From Octopus sinensis (Eukaryota): a DNA stretch of 64,000 bases. Under the pieces are notes generated by a model. The model saw nothing but the letters and a program-made list of their open reading frames with translations, had not been told where the DNA came from and ran no database searches. A program made the translations under genes and the position numbers. How positions within the stretch are numbered: position 1 is the first letter of the stretch; each line of letters opens with the position of its first letter. Positions 1 through 12,365 of this stretch are shown here, in pieces. The stretch spans positions 183,148,001-183,212,000 of the forward strand of contig NC_042997.1 of assembly GCF_006345805.1 (NCBI RefSeq), given 5' to 3'.

Positions 1-109
1 AAATACATTCTGTTGTTGATTTTACCTTTTATCTCTTCAGAGTCAGAAACATTGAATGCACATATTCAACAAATTTGCGGCCTTATGCCAAACTTAAAAT
101 CATTATTGG

Positions 110-305
110 ATTGCATGTCGGACAAAATGCTTAGCAGTATTTCTCCTGCCTCTTTGGCAGTTCAAAAGCTGCTGAAGTTGACTTTGCATTTCATCCTTTC
201 AGGATTGATAAAATAAGTACCAGTCAAATACTGGGGTTGATGTAATCAACTTGATTGACTTAGCACCTTCCTTCAAAATTGCTGGCTTTGTGCTAAAATT
301 AGAAA
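110..305 (+). mobile_element. tRNA-derived SINE (family with ctttcatccttt...taagtaccagt core), degraded
   Basis: Similar to copies at 52075-52270, 59078-59290 and 13755-13885. Confidence 0.7.
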
Positions 306-537
306 GAATTTTAGAATGCTCTTAAATGGTTATTTATGAGAAGCTCATTTGTATTTTTTCAGTTTCTTCATTTCACTCTTTATTTCTTTGTTTCATTTTT
401 TATAGTCAGCCTCATCTAATTGTGCACAATTATGGAATAAATTTATCCATTTCTGTGCTTTGATCATTTGTCAAAAATTAAAACACGTTTGACCTCAATA
501 GTGCACAAACTAATATATATATATATATATATATATA

Positions 538-932
538 TGGATGGATGGAAGCACTCCGTCGGTTATGACGATGAGGGTTCCGGTTGATCCGAATCAACGG
601 AACAGCCTGCTCGTGAAATTAACGTGTAAGTGGCTGAGCACTCCACAGACACGTGCACCCTTAACGTAGTTCTTGGGGATATTCAGCGTGACACAGAGAG
701 TGACAAGGCCGGCCCCTTGAAATACAGGTACAACAGAAACAGGAAGTAAGAGTGAGAGAAAGTTGTGGTGAAAGAGTACAGCAGGGATCACCACCATCCC
801 CTGCTGGAGCCTCGTGGAGCTTTTTAGGTGTTTTTTCGCTCAATAAACACTCACAACGCCTGGTCTGGGAATCGAAACCGCGATCCTATGACCGCGAGTC
901 CGCTGCCCTAACCACTGGGCCATTGCGCCTCC
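538..932 (-). mobile_element. Full-length tRNA-derived SINE (octopus OR-type) inserted in (TA)n
   Basis: Minus strand begins GGAGGCGCAATGGCCCAGTGGTTAGG (A box) ... GGTTTCGATTCCC (B box), (CCAT)n tail, TA runs on both sides. Confidence 0.85.
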
Positions 933-1007
933 ATATATATATATATATATATGTATATATAGATGTATTACTTTCCAGTAAAATAAAGCCCCATATATAT
1001 ATATATA

Positions 1008-1418
1008 AATTAGAGAAAAAACCCACTATTATGCAATTCAAACAATGATAGACATAAACCGAATCATAAATAAACAATAAAATATATTTTTATAAAACAT
1101 ATAACTAGATCACAGAATGTTTAAAAATGAATAATATATGATAAGAAAAAATATTGTTTAACTATATTTGCTTATTTATTTAACTATTATTGTTAACCTG
1201 AAGAGTGACTATAATTTTAAATTGAATTGATTTTCGATTAAATTAAAATTTTATTGTAATTCAAAACGTACGTAGTTTTTTCTTATATATTGATTATTCA
1301 TTTTCATACTTTTTGTGATCTAGTTATATGTTTTATGAAAATATATTTTAGTTTTTATTTATGATTTAGTTTATGTCTATCATTGTTTGAATTGCATAAT
1401 AGTGTTTTTTTCTCTAAT
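1008..1418. mobile_element. Inverted repeat (arms ~1008-1113 and ~1313-1418) with Penelope-type hammerhead relic in the spacer
   Basis: Arms are reverse complements (ttagagaaaaaacccactattatgcaattcaaacaatgatagacataaac...). Spacer has AAC-CTGAAGA...cAAAAC-GTAC-GTA-GTT. Confidence 0.65.
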
Positions 1419-1696
1419 TCATATTGTGAAATTTGATTTAATACTAAATTGAATTTTTCCCTGTAAGTTTGGAGTTATACTCCCTAATATATATAATGGT
1501 ACACATGCTTTTCTCAATCTATTCTCCTTCTCGCTGGACTTTTTCCTCTTTCTGATGGTCACACCCACTCTTTTTTCCATTTCAAATTTTCTTTGTGTCA
1601 ATCTAATATATTTACTGTGTATGTCCTTTTGATTTTTGTTTTTCCTGTTTTTATTATTGATTTGCCTATATATCTATATATACGGGTGTGTGCATG

Positions 1697-1729
<33 letters not shown>

Positions 1730-3392
1730 CTGTATATTTATATAAAATTTACTGATCGGCTATTGAATTTATATTGGAGTTTTTTTTTCACTATTTAGTT
1801 ACTATTGTATCTGCAAATCATATTCAAGTTTTTCAAAATAAATAAATGAAAAGTCTTGTATTAAACATGTTCATCTCATCTTTGAGGTGTTTGTTGATGA
1901 CGGATTATATCTTACAGCATGATTCACTTTACATTAGAAGAATGGGCAAATTTGAAAATTTCATTACTGGTTCATTTTATGGTGTAGACTTAGATTTCTT
2001 ATAATCTCCGCCACTTCTAATAACCTCCCGCCATGATCATCGGTCATGTGAAAATGAATGTAACCAATACTGACACCACTCCCAACCCACAATCTTTTAA
2101 ATGATCTGCTGGGAACAACAAGCAACATGATAGCAATGTCTGTAGCTACATATGTTTCAAAGTGACAGGTGCAGAAGGAGAAGTGCCCATTAACACACAC
2201 ACACACACACGTTTTGTCTGTTATTCTACTTGCCACTATGAGCATGCATCTTTTGTAAGTAAAAATTAGGTAGAAGAATAAGAGATGAAACAAAAAGAAA
2301 ACATTATTGTTATCCTCATTTTACATCTGCTTACCGTGATGGCATGGGTTGAATGTCTTGGTCAAATATCTCAAACTTCAGCTTGACTTCTATGGCTAGA
2401 TGCCTTTCCTAACGGTGTAATGGGTACATTTTCCTATGGCACCAGCACTAGAGAAGTTATGTCTTCGGCAAGACTAAATAGTTTTTTTTTTTTTTGTGAA
2501 AATGTTTTCTGTGACTGGCTCTCAGAGAATATGCATATATATCTAGAAAACCATAGCATATTCTAATGACAGATGTACATTAGCATCAAAAGAAAATTAG
2601 CGTGAAATTATTAAAAAAATATATCGCAATTATTTTACATATGCAGTCTTTTTAAACGTACGCTGATCACTTTGTATTGTAGTATCAGTAATCTTTACCG
2701 TAATTTAACCGTAGATTATAAGTCAATAACCACTGAAAACGTGAGAATGGCAGTTTACCATAACAATCTCAGTGGCAAAACAGTAGTATTTAATCAGTCT
2801 AAAGTGTATTACTAAGTTGTATCTTAATTTGATGCACATTAAAAAGAAACAGTTCATCATTTATTTAAATCTACTTTCTACAATGTGTGGTATGTTGCTT
2901 ATGTGTAAAATATTACAGGGTGGTGGTTGTGTATGGAATTTTTTTTTTGTGTGCAATTAATTTCATAGTATGATTTTTACCAAACCCATCTCAAGCATGC
3001 GTGTACATGTATGCATTCGTTATAGTTAAAAATATAATTATTTTCTTATGTTACGTTTACATTTTACTATCGAGTGTTGTATTACCCGCATTATGCCTGT
3101 GGTAACACGTGCATACTTATGTGCCCTCACATATATACACACGCATACAGACTCATAGCCATGTAAATTGTATGTATGCGTACGTATGATTACATTTCAC
3201 TATGGATATTTAAATGTTATGATTTACATTCACGTAATATACACGCCTTCTTGAGGATAAAAACAATGTAATAATCTTTTCACAATTACCATACAATCAG
3301 TTATCGCAGTATTACGTAAACAAAATGAATTTGAGGATACTAATTAACGGTTGAATTTTTGCTGCGGTGTACGTACGTATATTTATATTTAG

Positions 3393-3432
<40 letters not shown>

Positions 3433-5065
3433 AAATAACATTGATAATTATCGTTACTTTCATTTTCAAATTATTGTATCAAATTTTATTTTTGTATTTC
3501 TTTGATGAGGGCTGGATAAAAATTAAGGTGAGACGAGGTTATAAACACACCTTTAACATCAAGTCAATTCTACTGTTACATTGAGAAATCTAACAAACCT
3601 ATATACGTCAGACCTTTTTATTATTTTCTAGGATTAGTGAATGAGCTTTCTTCACATTCCATTGATTTTTTTTTCTTGTTCAAAAAGAACACAAACGCTT
3701 ATTACAACGATTTTAACTGAAAAACTAACTGAATAATCTGCGTTAACTTTTTCCATTGTTAGCGACGCCAGGTTCATTACGCAATGCATTATGGTTAACT
3801 GCGCTACACAATCTAAATTCACACACACATTATGGCTTAACTGTTGTGCACTTTACTTTATATATGTGTGTGTGTGTGTATATATATGTATGTAGTATGT
3901 CAGGTTCATTACGCAATGGTTTATAATTTGCAGTACACAACGATCTTTTTAATTCAGTAGTGTATAAATTTCATATTAATGCGCCTGCACGCACACACAC
4001 ACACACACACACACTTGTGTGTATGTATGCATAACTTAATAATCTTGAGTAATATATGTAACATTGAGTTATATAAAAAAAAGTTTTACATTAAACTGGA
4101 GGGTTACTCAATACCTTTTGTAGAGTATATATATTTATACTTTTACAAAAGGGTGGTGACTGACTTCGAAGTTCCAGACTGCTACGAGACGCAAACTTAA
4201 AAGTCATTGTCACCGCTCTTGTGTGTGAACATCAAAGATCATATCTTTCTAGTTAAAACACCGTCGGGAATTATTATTTTTCTTCTCAAACTATAATAGT
4301 ATCAATTATATTTTTACATTTCTTTGTTGTGGAGATTATAAATGGAGTGGGTCAGGAATGGAATGCAGTATGTATCTTTCAGTTTCGGCTATTCTTCAAA
4401 AAATATTTTCCGTTTTTCTTCATTTTTTATTTATCGTCTCCTTCTCAAATATTAACACCCCGCCTCACCATGTATCCGATGTTCTACTGAGTCATCTTTG
4501 CGAGGATTCAAAATGGCTACTCTACGAATAGAGGTATTGACCCGTTTAGCGTCCAAAGCTGTTTTTACTTGAAAAACGTGACAAGTTGTGCATGTGTGTG
4601 CGTGCGTCTTCAGCATGTCATAGTAACAAGGATCAAATAGTATCTTGGTGGTGATATCTGGATATGCTCAAAATGCACTTCTCAAATAGGTGCTTGCCAA
4701 ACTCCTTAAAAACCGTTCTCAAATGAAACAGTAATAAAAGCTCCTGGCACAAATTGTTTTGGTTTGTGCATCTGTAAAACATAATGACCACTATGATGGG
4801 TGTTAAACTGATGCATGGCACTCTAAACCTAAATCTGTTTCAAGGCTCATTCATGCTGAGCTCCTTCAAAACTGGTCAATACTTGTGCAATGGATCTTGC
4901 ACAAGGTGTTACACACACATACGTGCGCGCGCGCGGTTACAAAATTTGCTATTAGTAGAGACACCCAGCATTGCCTGGATGCCAAATATGTTGGAAGTTT
5001 TTTGTTATATCACTCATTGCAAGTTTTTACGCTGTGCCTTTTGTATATGGTTTTATTCGCTTAGA

Positions 5066-5450
5066 TATGGCTGTGTGACTTAGTTCATTTCCAACCACAT
5101 GGTATCAGGTTCAGCCCCGCTCTGTATCTTGGGCAAGTGTCTTCTACTATAGACTGAGCTGAGCAAAGTCTTGTGAGTGAATCTGTGAGTCTGGTAGATG
5201 GAAACTGAAAGAAACCCATTGGATATGTGTGTGTGCCTCCTTATCTTGACTTCATGTGGGTGTCACCTTTATACAAGTGTTGTTCATTTCCAGTCTGCCA
5301 TGAAAATGTATTTGGGTAAGGAGAAATATTATCATGCTTGGAACTGGTGAGGGTAGGTGGCAGGAAAGGCATCAGACTAGAAAATCTGCCTCAACAAATT
5401 CCGTCTGACCCATGTGAACATGGGAAAAGTTGACCTAAAAAATGATAATC
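5066..5450 (+). mobile_element. SINE: tRNA-like head plus RTE-type 3' tail
   Basis: tggctgtgtg...ggttcagccc...ttgggcaagtgtcttctactatag head shared with the major SINE family; tail resembles RTE 3' ends. Confidence 0.7.
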
Positions 5451-5989
5451 GTGATTTTTATTGCAATGTTTTACTTCATATATTTTATTATAGTGCTAAA
5501 TTGATATTATACTCACACTTTATAAAATAATAAAAATAATAATAAAAGACACAATATAAAACCAAAAACGAAAAATTCAGATGTCACTCTTAGTGACTGA
5601 GAGTGCAGGCAAGCACCTATATTGCTAGAAACAAATCATACACACACATACACAGATGTATATACATAAACGTGTGTGTGTGTGTGTGTGTATACACACA
5701 CACATATATACATATCATTTAACGTTCATTTTTCATGCTGGCATGGGTTAGATGGTTTGACTGGCGTTGTAAGCTGGAGAGCTGTCCCAGACTCCAATCA
5801 TATACACACATGCATGTATACGTAAATACCTCTTTATATATAAGCATTTGTTGAATTTGGCTCACTCAAAATAGACGCCTCTTAAAATTTACTACTCAAT
5901 AAAATGTTATTCATGTAATCTATATTCTTTAAGGACTTGACACTATAATCATGTCTGTTTATTATATATGTGCGTGTATGTATGTATGT

Positions 5990-6180
5990 GTGTGTTTGTC
6001 CCCCAACATCGCTTGACAACCGATGCTGGTGTGTTTACGCCCCCGTAACTTAGCGGTTCGGCAAAAGAGACAGATAGAATAAGTACTAGGCTTACAAAGA
6101 ATAAGTCCTGGGGTCGATTTGCTTGACTAAAGGCGGTGCTCCGACATGGCCGCAGTCAAATGACTGAAACAAGTAAAACA
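5990..6180 (+). mobile_element. 3' half of major SINE family
   Basis: tttgtcccccaacatcgcttgacaaccgatgctgg...gcagtcaaatgactgaaacaagtaaaa, matching copies at 11191 and 11932. Confidence 0.85.
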
Positions 6181-6304
6181 GTATATAAATAAATACCCAC
6201 TTTTCCATGCTTTTGAGATAGATTTTCTTTAGCTGGATACCCTCCCTAACCCTTACATGTTTCCGAGCAAGGGAATATCTCATTGTCTCAATATGTTCTT
6301 GCAG

Positions 6305-6356
<52 letters not shown>

Positions 6357-6382
6357 CGCATATATAGTATGTATACGTATGT

Positions 6383-6528
6383 CACTATTAAGGTTATCTC
6401 TACAAATTTTCTGGAAGAATTTTATCCAGCACTGATTTTGTTACTTTGTAGTATATAGAAAAACGCCGCAAGAAAATTAGCGCTGGCTATAATTTCTATA
6501 GAAAATCTATATAAATCTGTAACGAGTG
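6383..6528. mobile_element. Small hairpin MITE with CACT...AGTG ends
   Basis: Imperfect long inverted repeat: attttctggaagaattttatccagcactgatttt vs aaaattagcgctggctataatttctatagaaaat. Confidence 0.5.
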
Positions 6529-7289
6529 ATGTAATAGTACCGTCAACGTAGTAGACTTATAAAAGCGCTGAATATACTTTGTAGTATGTTATGGTTGCAC
6601 AATGAAATACAGTGTCCCCACAGGTCATTAATGTAAACGTATATATATATAGAATATGTATGTATATAGAATATATACATACACACACACACTGTGTGTG
6701 TGTGTGTTTATACGCGTGTATAAAGTTATGCAAGTTTGTATGTTTATGTGTATCGGTGCAGCCCTACTACTCGTGGAATTCTGTGTAACCATCCAACCCG
6801 GCATGGAAAACGGTATAGGTACCGTAAGTGGCTTTGTTTACATTTCTGAAGATAACAGAAACCCTTTTGTCCCTCCCCTAACCCCCCCCTATTATATATA
6901 TATAAAAAAACTTTCTTGAGATGTATCCAGTACTGATACCGAAGTTACGCCGAAAAAGGATGTTAAATGATGATGATCTGTGTCTGGTTGCGTGTGCATG
7001 TGTATGTATGTATAGGAAGGGCATCCGTCTGTAGAAAATCCGCCTCGAAATTCTGTTCCACCTATGCGAATATAGAAAAATGAAACGTTATAACATGCTG
7101 GTGACGATGTATATACTTGTGTGTATGCATATACATGTGTGTGTGTGTATATATATATGTGTGTGTGTGTATACATACACGTATACGTATATACATCTAT
7201 ATGCATGTTTCTGTGTGTGTGTGTAGTGTATATAATACTATGATTTTATAATTGAGAAACTTATAGACGACAAAGCAAGAGCGGAGCGT

Positions 7290-7346
7290 TACAGTTAGTC
7301 AGTCATTCAGTCCTGGATGCACTGTCTCAGATTCAAGCCCGTAAGT
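7290..7346 (+). promoter_or_regulatory. Candidate TSS and short non-coding first exon
   Basis: Overlapping Inr-like TTAGTC/TCAGTC/TCATTC/TCAGTC (7295-7312) followed by a consensus donor gtaagt at 7341; second donor cag|gtagtt at 7437. Local CpG enrichment. Confidence 0.5.
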
Positions 7347-8349
7347 GATGTCATCATCACCATTGTACTATGGATGGATGAATGAACGAACAAGAAATAC
7401 TTTGATAAGCGTGATATATAGTTCGAAACTAGTCAGGTAGTTTTCCTTATTGTCTTTGTTTCGCCCACGCTTAAAATATCTTATATCATTTCATGTTGCT
7501 TTATCACTTTTGTTATACAATACTTTTTATAAATATAACACGATCGAAATGTTTTGATTAGATGCGACCCATTCAGTTTCAACACGCTTATTCTGAGTTG
7601 TAGAGATTTCTTATGGAGATAAAAAAAAAAAAAAACTCATCGCGTTCTACTCAATTATCAGATTATCGAATCCCTTTCTCATTTCTTTTTAAAGCTTGCA
7701 GAGAATTTTTCAATGTCATGTTTATACATCCGCTATTCTCTATTTATATAATTCGTTTTATAACATCTGTATATGCGATAATATTTATATAGCTAGTTTT
7801 CATTATTGATATGCAGCCTCATTCAAAATGAGGTCGCCAGTGTTTTATGCCAAATTGGAAATAGGTCAAATGAAGGGACATAACTTATATCTAGAAAACT
7901 TGGCTGATTAATAATTAAGATAAAAAGATTTGAATTTTCTTGGCTTATTATTAAAATGTAGTTTTAGTGATTTAAAAAAAATACTCATTGCTTAATGAAT
8001 ATATTTAAAATAAATGTATATAGTAATAATTTATCAACTTTGGATATATATTTTTGTCTTTTCTATAAATTTGTAATTAAATTACATGAGATATTAATCT
8101 CTTAATTTGTAGTTATTAATTTACGATATATTTTCAAACGTTTGTTTAAATAAAGGGTCTTTCCAAATGAAAAAAAGTAAGCTGTTCAGTTATGGTTAAA
8201 TATTTTCAGTAAATATCTCCGTATTTAGCAATATAGTATTTCCATATTCTTTTAAATTAACTTTAGCGAGATAACTGAATGTATGTTTATGGTTGCATAC
8301 AATCTATGCTGTAAACCATGTAGTGTAGAGTGCATACATTTCATAAACT

Positions 8350-9150
8350 GTATACCGGAAGTCTACAGTCGAAAGAGATCATGTGTCAGTCTACTTCAGA
8401 TTGTTAGGTTACATCTTCGGTTCAAGTTCTCTCTCCTGCAATTTTTATGAATGCTAAATGGATAAAAAAACTACGGTTTGTGAGATATCGTGTTTTGGTG
8501 AAATATCTTAGCACATCTTATAGGTACGTAATTTGCATTGCTTGTTGTAATTTTGTTTTTTCATTTTAATTGCACTTGCGAAGTTTTTATAACCTTTCAT
8601 AAATTTTTGTATTTAAATATTTACGATCATTCCATTTTCTAAATTATTAATTTTAAAGTCAAATTTAGAAATATTTATAAAGAAAAGTATATCTTAGATG
8701 GGGGTAAGCGGAAGCAGTGTTGCATTTTGGGTAAATGTTCGCTCTTTGGTCATACTGGTAAATAAGTAGTTGCGTTGAAAAAGAATTTTACCTTTCTTAT
8801 CGCCTAGTATCTCTAGCAGATTCATGCTATCACGTTTATAGTCATTAAAAACATTTCAAGAATAGCTATTTATAGTTTAAAGTAAACTTTTACTGTTAAA
8901 GCAAAACCAGTCTAACGCTGAAAATGTGCATTTTGAAAATTTATTTTCAATAATTTTTTTTTAATTGTACGGAACTGATTAATAACATTTTCACTAATAC
9001 AACTATACAGACTATTTAGAGACTATTCTTTGGGATTCTAATATTTATTTTATTATAGCTATCGTCAGTCTCACCTGAACACACAATATCGGAAGTGACG
9101 TTTAAATATTACCGGAAATGACGTCTAAGTGGGAAGGGGAGGGTGAAGGT
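8350..9150 (+). promoter_or_regulatory. Housekeeping-type promoter region with ETS and composite ETS-CRE motifs
   Basis: CCGGAAGT at 8355, GCGGAAG near 8708, CGGAAGTGACGT 9090-9101, CCGGAAATGACGT 9112-9124, donor ag|gtacgt at 8524. Confidence 0.55.
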
Positions 9151-10051
9151 GTTTCCTATTCTTTATGTCAACATGATGTATAGTGGAGTAACAGGACAAA
9201 AAAGAAATCAAACCAAGTTTAGCTTATATTTCAAAAATCAGAAATTTAATTCCTGAAATTATCTGAAATGCATTGACTAAATATATATTTTTAATAAAAA
9301 CAGAAGCATGATCTTTCTTGCGAAAGAGACATCGTGAATTGGGTGTGTCGGCGAAAACCATAGTGTTTATTATTCGTTTTGTTAGTTATTTAAAGGAAAA
9401 AAAATACATTGTAGATTCCCTCTTTTCTTTTTCTACAAAGCTTTACAAAGGACATGCAATAAGTAAAGTACAAGTATTTAAATGTTTTCCAAATCATGTT
9501 TTCATAACAAAATTAAAGAAAATTTGATATATGAAAAGTGTTGTGTGTGAATGTATGCTTGTATATATGTATATAATGTGTGTGTAATATACATATATAG
9601 GCATTCTTTTGGTATACTCCTATATATAATTACGAACCTGTTCTAAAATTTATGACCGTTAAGGAAAAATATTGAAATTATTTAAATTTGTGCTGGTTTC
9701 TCTGCGTCTCGTGTTCAATTTCAAAAACTCGAGAATTACAAAACTTTTGTGTAAATATTATGATTTGAGGAGAGGAGAAAAATTGAAAATAGATTTTTTT
9801 TGTAGTGTGTTGGAATTGTATTAGGAGCTCAATCATTTAATAAACCATAATTTTCTTGCGTCAAAGAGGATACCTGTTATAAAATTTCCATATTTCAGTC
9901 TCCTAGGTTAAGACCCTTTAATCTGGATGGTCATTGGAAGAAGGTTGTTTCTACAAGAAAATATCGAATGCAATACTTGAATTTATCTCATTCCTAAGAA
10001 CCAGGCTTTAAAAATATATAAATATATTGGGGTTGATTTGTTCCACTAAAC

Positions 10052-10264
10052 CAGTTCTCAACCATATGGTCCTGGGTGGAGTAGGGGGTCCATATAAAAG
10101 TTTTGATGTTAAGATTTATGTGCAATAAATTAAATACAATTCTTAATAATTATAAAAATACGGTAAGATTTAAAATATATATATAGCGAATGGTTATGGA
10201 GGCTCAGTAGAATAAAGTAGGAATCAAAGGGTTCATGGGCAAAAAACATGGTTGAGAAGCACTG
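10052..10264. mobile_element. hAT-type (Charlie/MER5-like) MITE
   Basis: Ends cag(..)ttctcaacca / tggttgagaagcactg. Confidence 0.6.
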
Positions 10265-10266
10265 GA

Positions 10267-11920
10267 TGGTTAATGCTGACATTATTACTCGGAAACGAAA
10301 TCGAAAAAAAAAAAAAATAGTGCAACGAGTGAAAAATAAGGTGTAGGAAATGAATATGAAAACAAAAATGCGCGAAAAGCAACGTGGGGTGGAGAGAGGA
10401 CTTTGGAAAATTCACAAGATCCGAGTTTTTCCCTCATAACTTTTAGAAAAATGTTTTTTTTTTTTCAATGAAATTTTATGTAAATACCTTTCAAACGGCA
10501 TGCATTATTATTATAACGAAATTTGTGGGTAAAATCTTTTCTGAGGGGGTGGAGAGAGGACTTCGGAAAATTATCCGATTTTTTTTCCCTCGTATCTTTA
10601 AAGGAAACAGATATCTTTTAATGAAATTGTATATAAATACTTTTCAAACGACATGCATTACGGATGCCTAATGCGCCGTAAACCCCTTATTTTTGTTCGG
10701 AAGTGGGTGGGGTGGGACAATAAATGCATTTTTGATGGTGAAATGCGAAACTGCATTAGCCACTTTTCTTTTACCCATATTTTAAGATTACATTTTGCAG
10801 AAATACGTTTTCTAGAGTGTGGGTTACATGTGATTGAAAATTCAAACAAGTTTGAAAAGAATAAGTGAAACTGTTGAAGTTATAAAAATTAGGAGAGAGA
10901 AAGAATGATACAAAATCCTTAGAAAAACCATGTTAGTGTTTGTGTGTGAAACAAGTAAAATTATAATATTAAAACAAAATATCTTTCACATACCTCTTAA
11001 AAATCACTGGATATATTAATTGCAGATTGTGGCTTATTAGGTCACCGTAGTTCATTCATCGAAAAAAAGAAAAGAAAAACATTTTCCAATAATTCCTCCC
11101 TTTTTTCTCCCAACAAAAACAAAGTTTGCGGCGCATTAGGCATCAGTAATGCATGCTGTTTGAAAGGTATATTCTTTTCCTTTTCTTTTATTCTTTTACT
11201 TGTTTCAGTCATTTGACTGTGGTCACGCTGGAGCACCGCCTTTAGTCGAGCAAATCGACCCCAGGACTTTGTAAGCCTAGTACTTATTTTATCGGTCTAT
11301 TTTGCCGAACCGCTAAGTTACGGGGACGTAAACACACCAGCATCGGTTGTCAAGCAATGTTGGGGGGACAAACACAGACACACAAACATATACACATACA
11401 TATATATATATATATACATATATATGACGGGCTTCTTTCAGTTTCCGTCTACCAAATCCACTCACAAGGTTTTGGTCGGCCTGAGGCTATAGTAGAAGAC
11501 ACTTGCCTAGGGTGCCACACAGTGGGACTGAACCCGGAACCATGTGGTTGGTAAGTATGTTACTTACCACAGCCATATGTACAATTTCATTAAAAGATAT
11601 CCATTTTCCTTAAAGTTACGAGGGGAAAAATCGGATCTTGTGAATTTTCTGAAATCCTCTTCCCAACGCTTCGGAAAAGATTTTACCCACAAATTTCATT
11701 ATAATCGTAATGTATGCCGTTTGAAAGCTTTTTATATAAAATTTCATTCAAAAAAAGAAAATTTTTCCAAAAAGTTATGAGGGAAAAACTTGAATCTTGT
11801 GAATTTTCCGAAGTCCTCTCCCCACCCCCATTGCTTTCCACGCACTTTTGTTTTCATATTCGTTTTCTACACTTTTTTTTTTTCAATTTCATTTCTGGGT
11901 AATAATGTCGACATTAACCA
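10267..11920. mobile_element. Foldback-like element with ~350-bp TIRs (10267-10632; 11579-11920) containing internal subrepeats; SINE nested inside
   Basis: Arms are reverse complements starting tggttaatg..gacattattac. Each arm holds two copies of gaggac/tttcggaaaatt...aatgaaatt. Confidence 0.75.
11191..11576 (-). mobile_element. Major tRNA-derived SINE, near full length, central (TA/CA)n
   Basis: Head tggctgtggtaag...ggttccgggttcagtccc on - strand; matches 11932-12365. Confidence 0.9.
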
Positions 11921-11931
11921 TATATATATAT

Positions 11932-12365
11932 ATTCTTTTATTAGTTTCAGTCATTTGACTGCGGCCATGCTGGAGCACTGCCTTTAATCAAGCAACTCGA
12001 CTCCAGGACTTATTCTTTTGTAAGCCCAGTACTTATTCTGTCGGTCTCTTTTGCCAAACCGCTAAGTAACGGGGACATAAACACACCAGCATCGGCTGTC
12101 AAGCAATGCTAGGGGGACAAACACAGATACACAAACACACACACGTATAATATATATATATATATAATATATATATATATATAATATATATATATATACA
12201 TACGACGGGCTTCTTTCAGTTTCTGTCTACCAAATCCACTCACAAGGCTTTGGTCGGCCCGAGGCTATAGTAGAAGACACTTGCCTAAGGTGCCATGCAG
12301 TGGGACTGAACCCGGAACCATGTGGTTGGTAAACAAGCTACTTACTACACAGCCACTCCTGCACC
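11932..12365 (-). mobile_element. Major tRNA-derived SINE, full length
   Basis: Minus strand starts GGTGCAGGAGTGGCTGTGTAGTAAG, B box GGTTCAGTCCC, same body as other copies. Confidence 0.9.

Noticed and set aside
13-216. ORF with an apparent acceptor at 40 (tttatctcttcag)
   Set aside because: The frame runs into SINE-derived sequence, with no donor or recognisable protein.
860-932. tRNA-like sequence with A and B boxes (also 12290-12365 and 35090-35160)
   Set aside because: No proper acceptor stem, and each continues into a multi-copy SINE body. These are SINE heads, not tRNA genes.
1964-2293. 109-aa minus-strand ORF
   Set aside because: It spans a (CA)n tract, with no recognisable domain or convincing splice sites.
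4950-4985. Possible Helitron 3' end on - strand (ccag-gcaatg-ctgg...ctaat)
   Set aside because: The terminal CTAG is degenerate and no 5' end or body could be identified.
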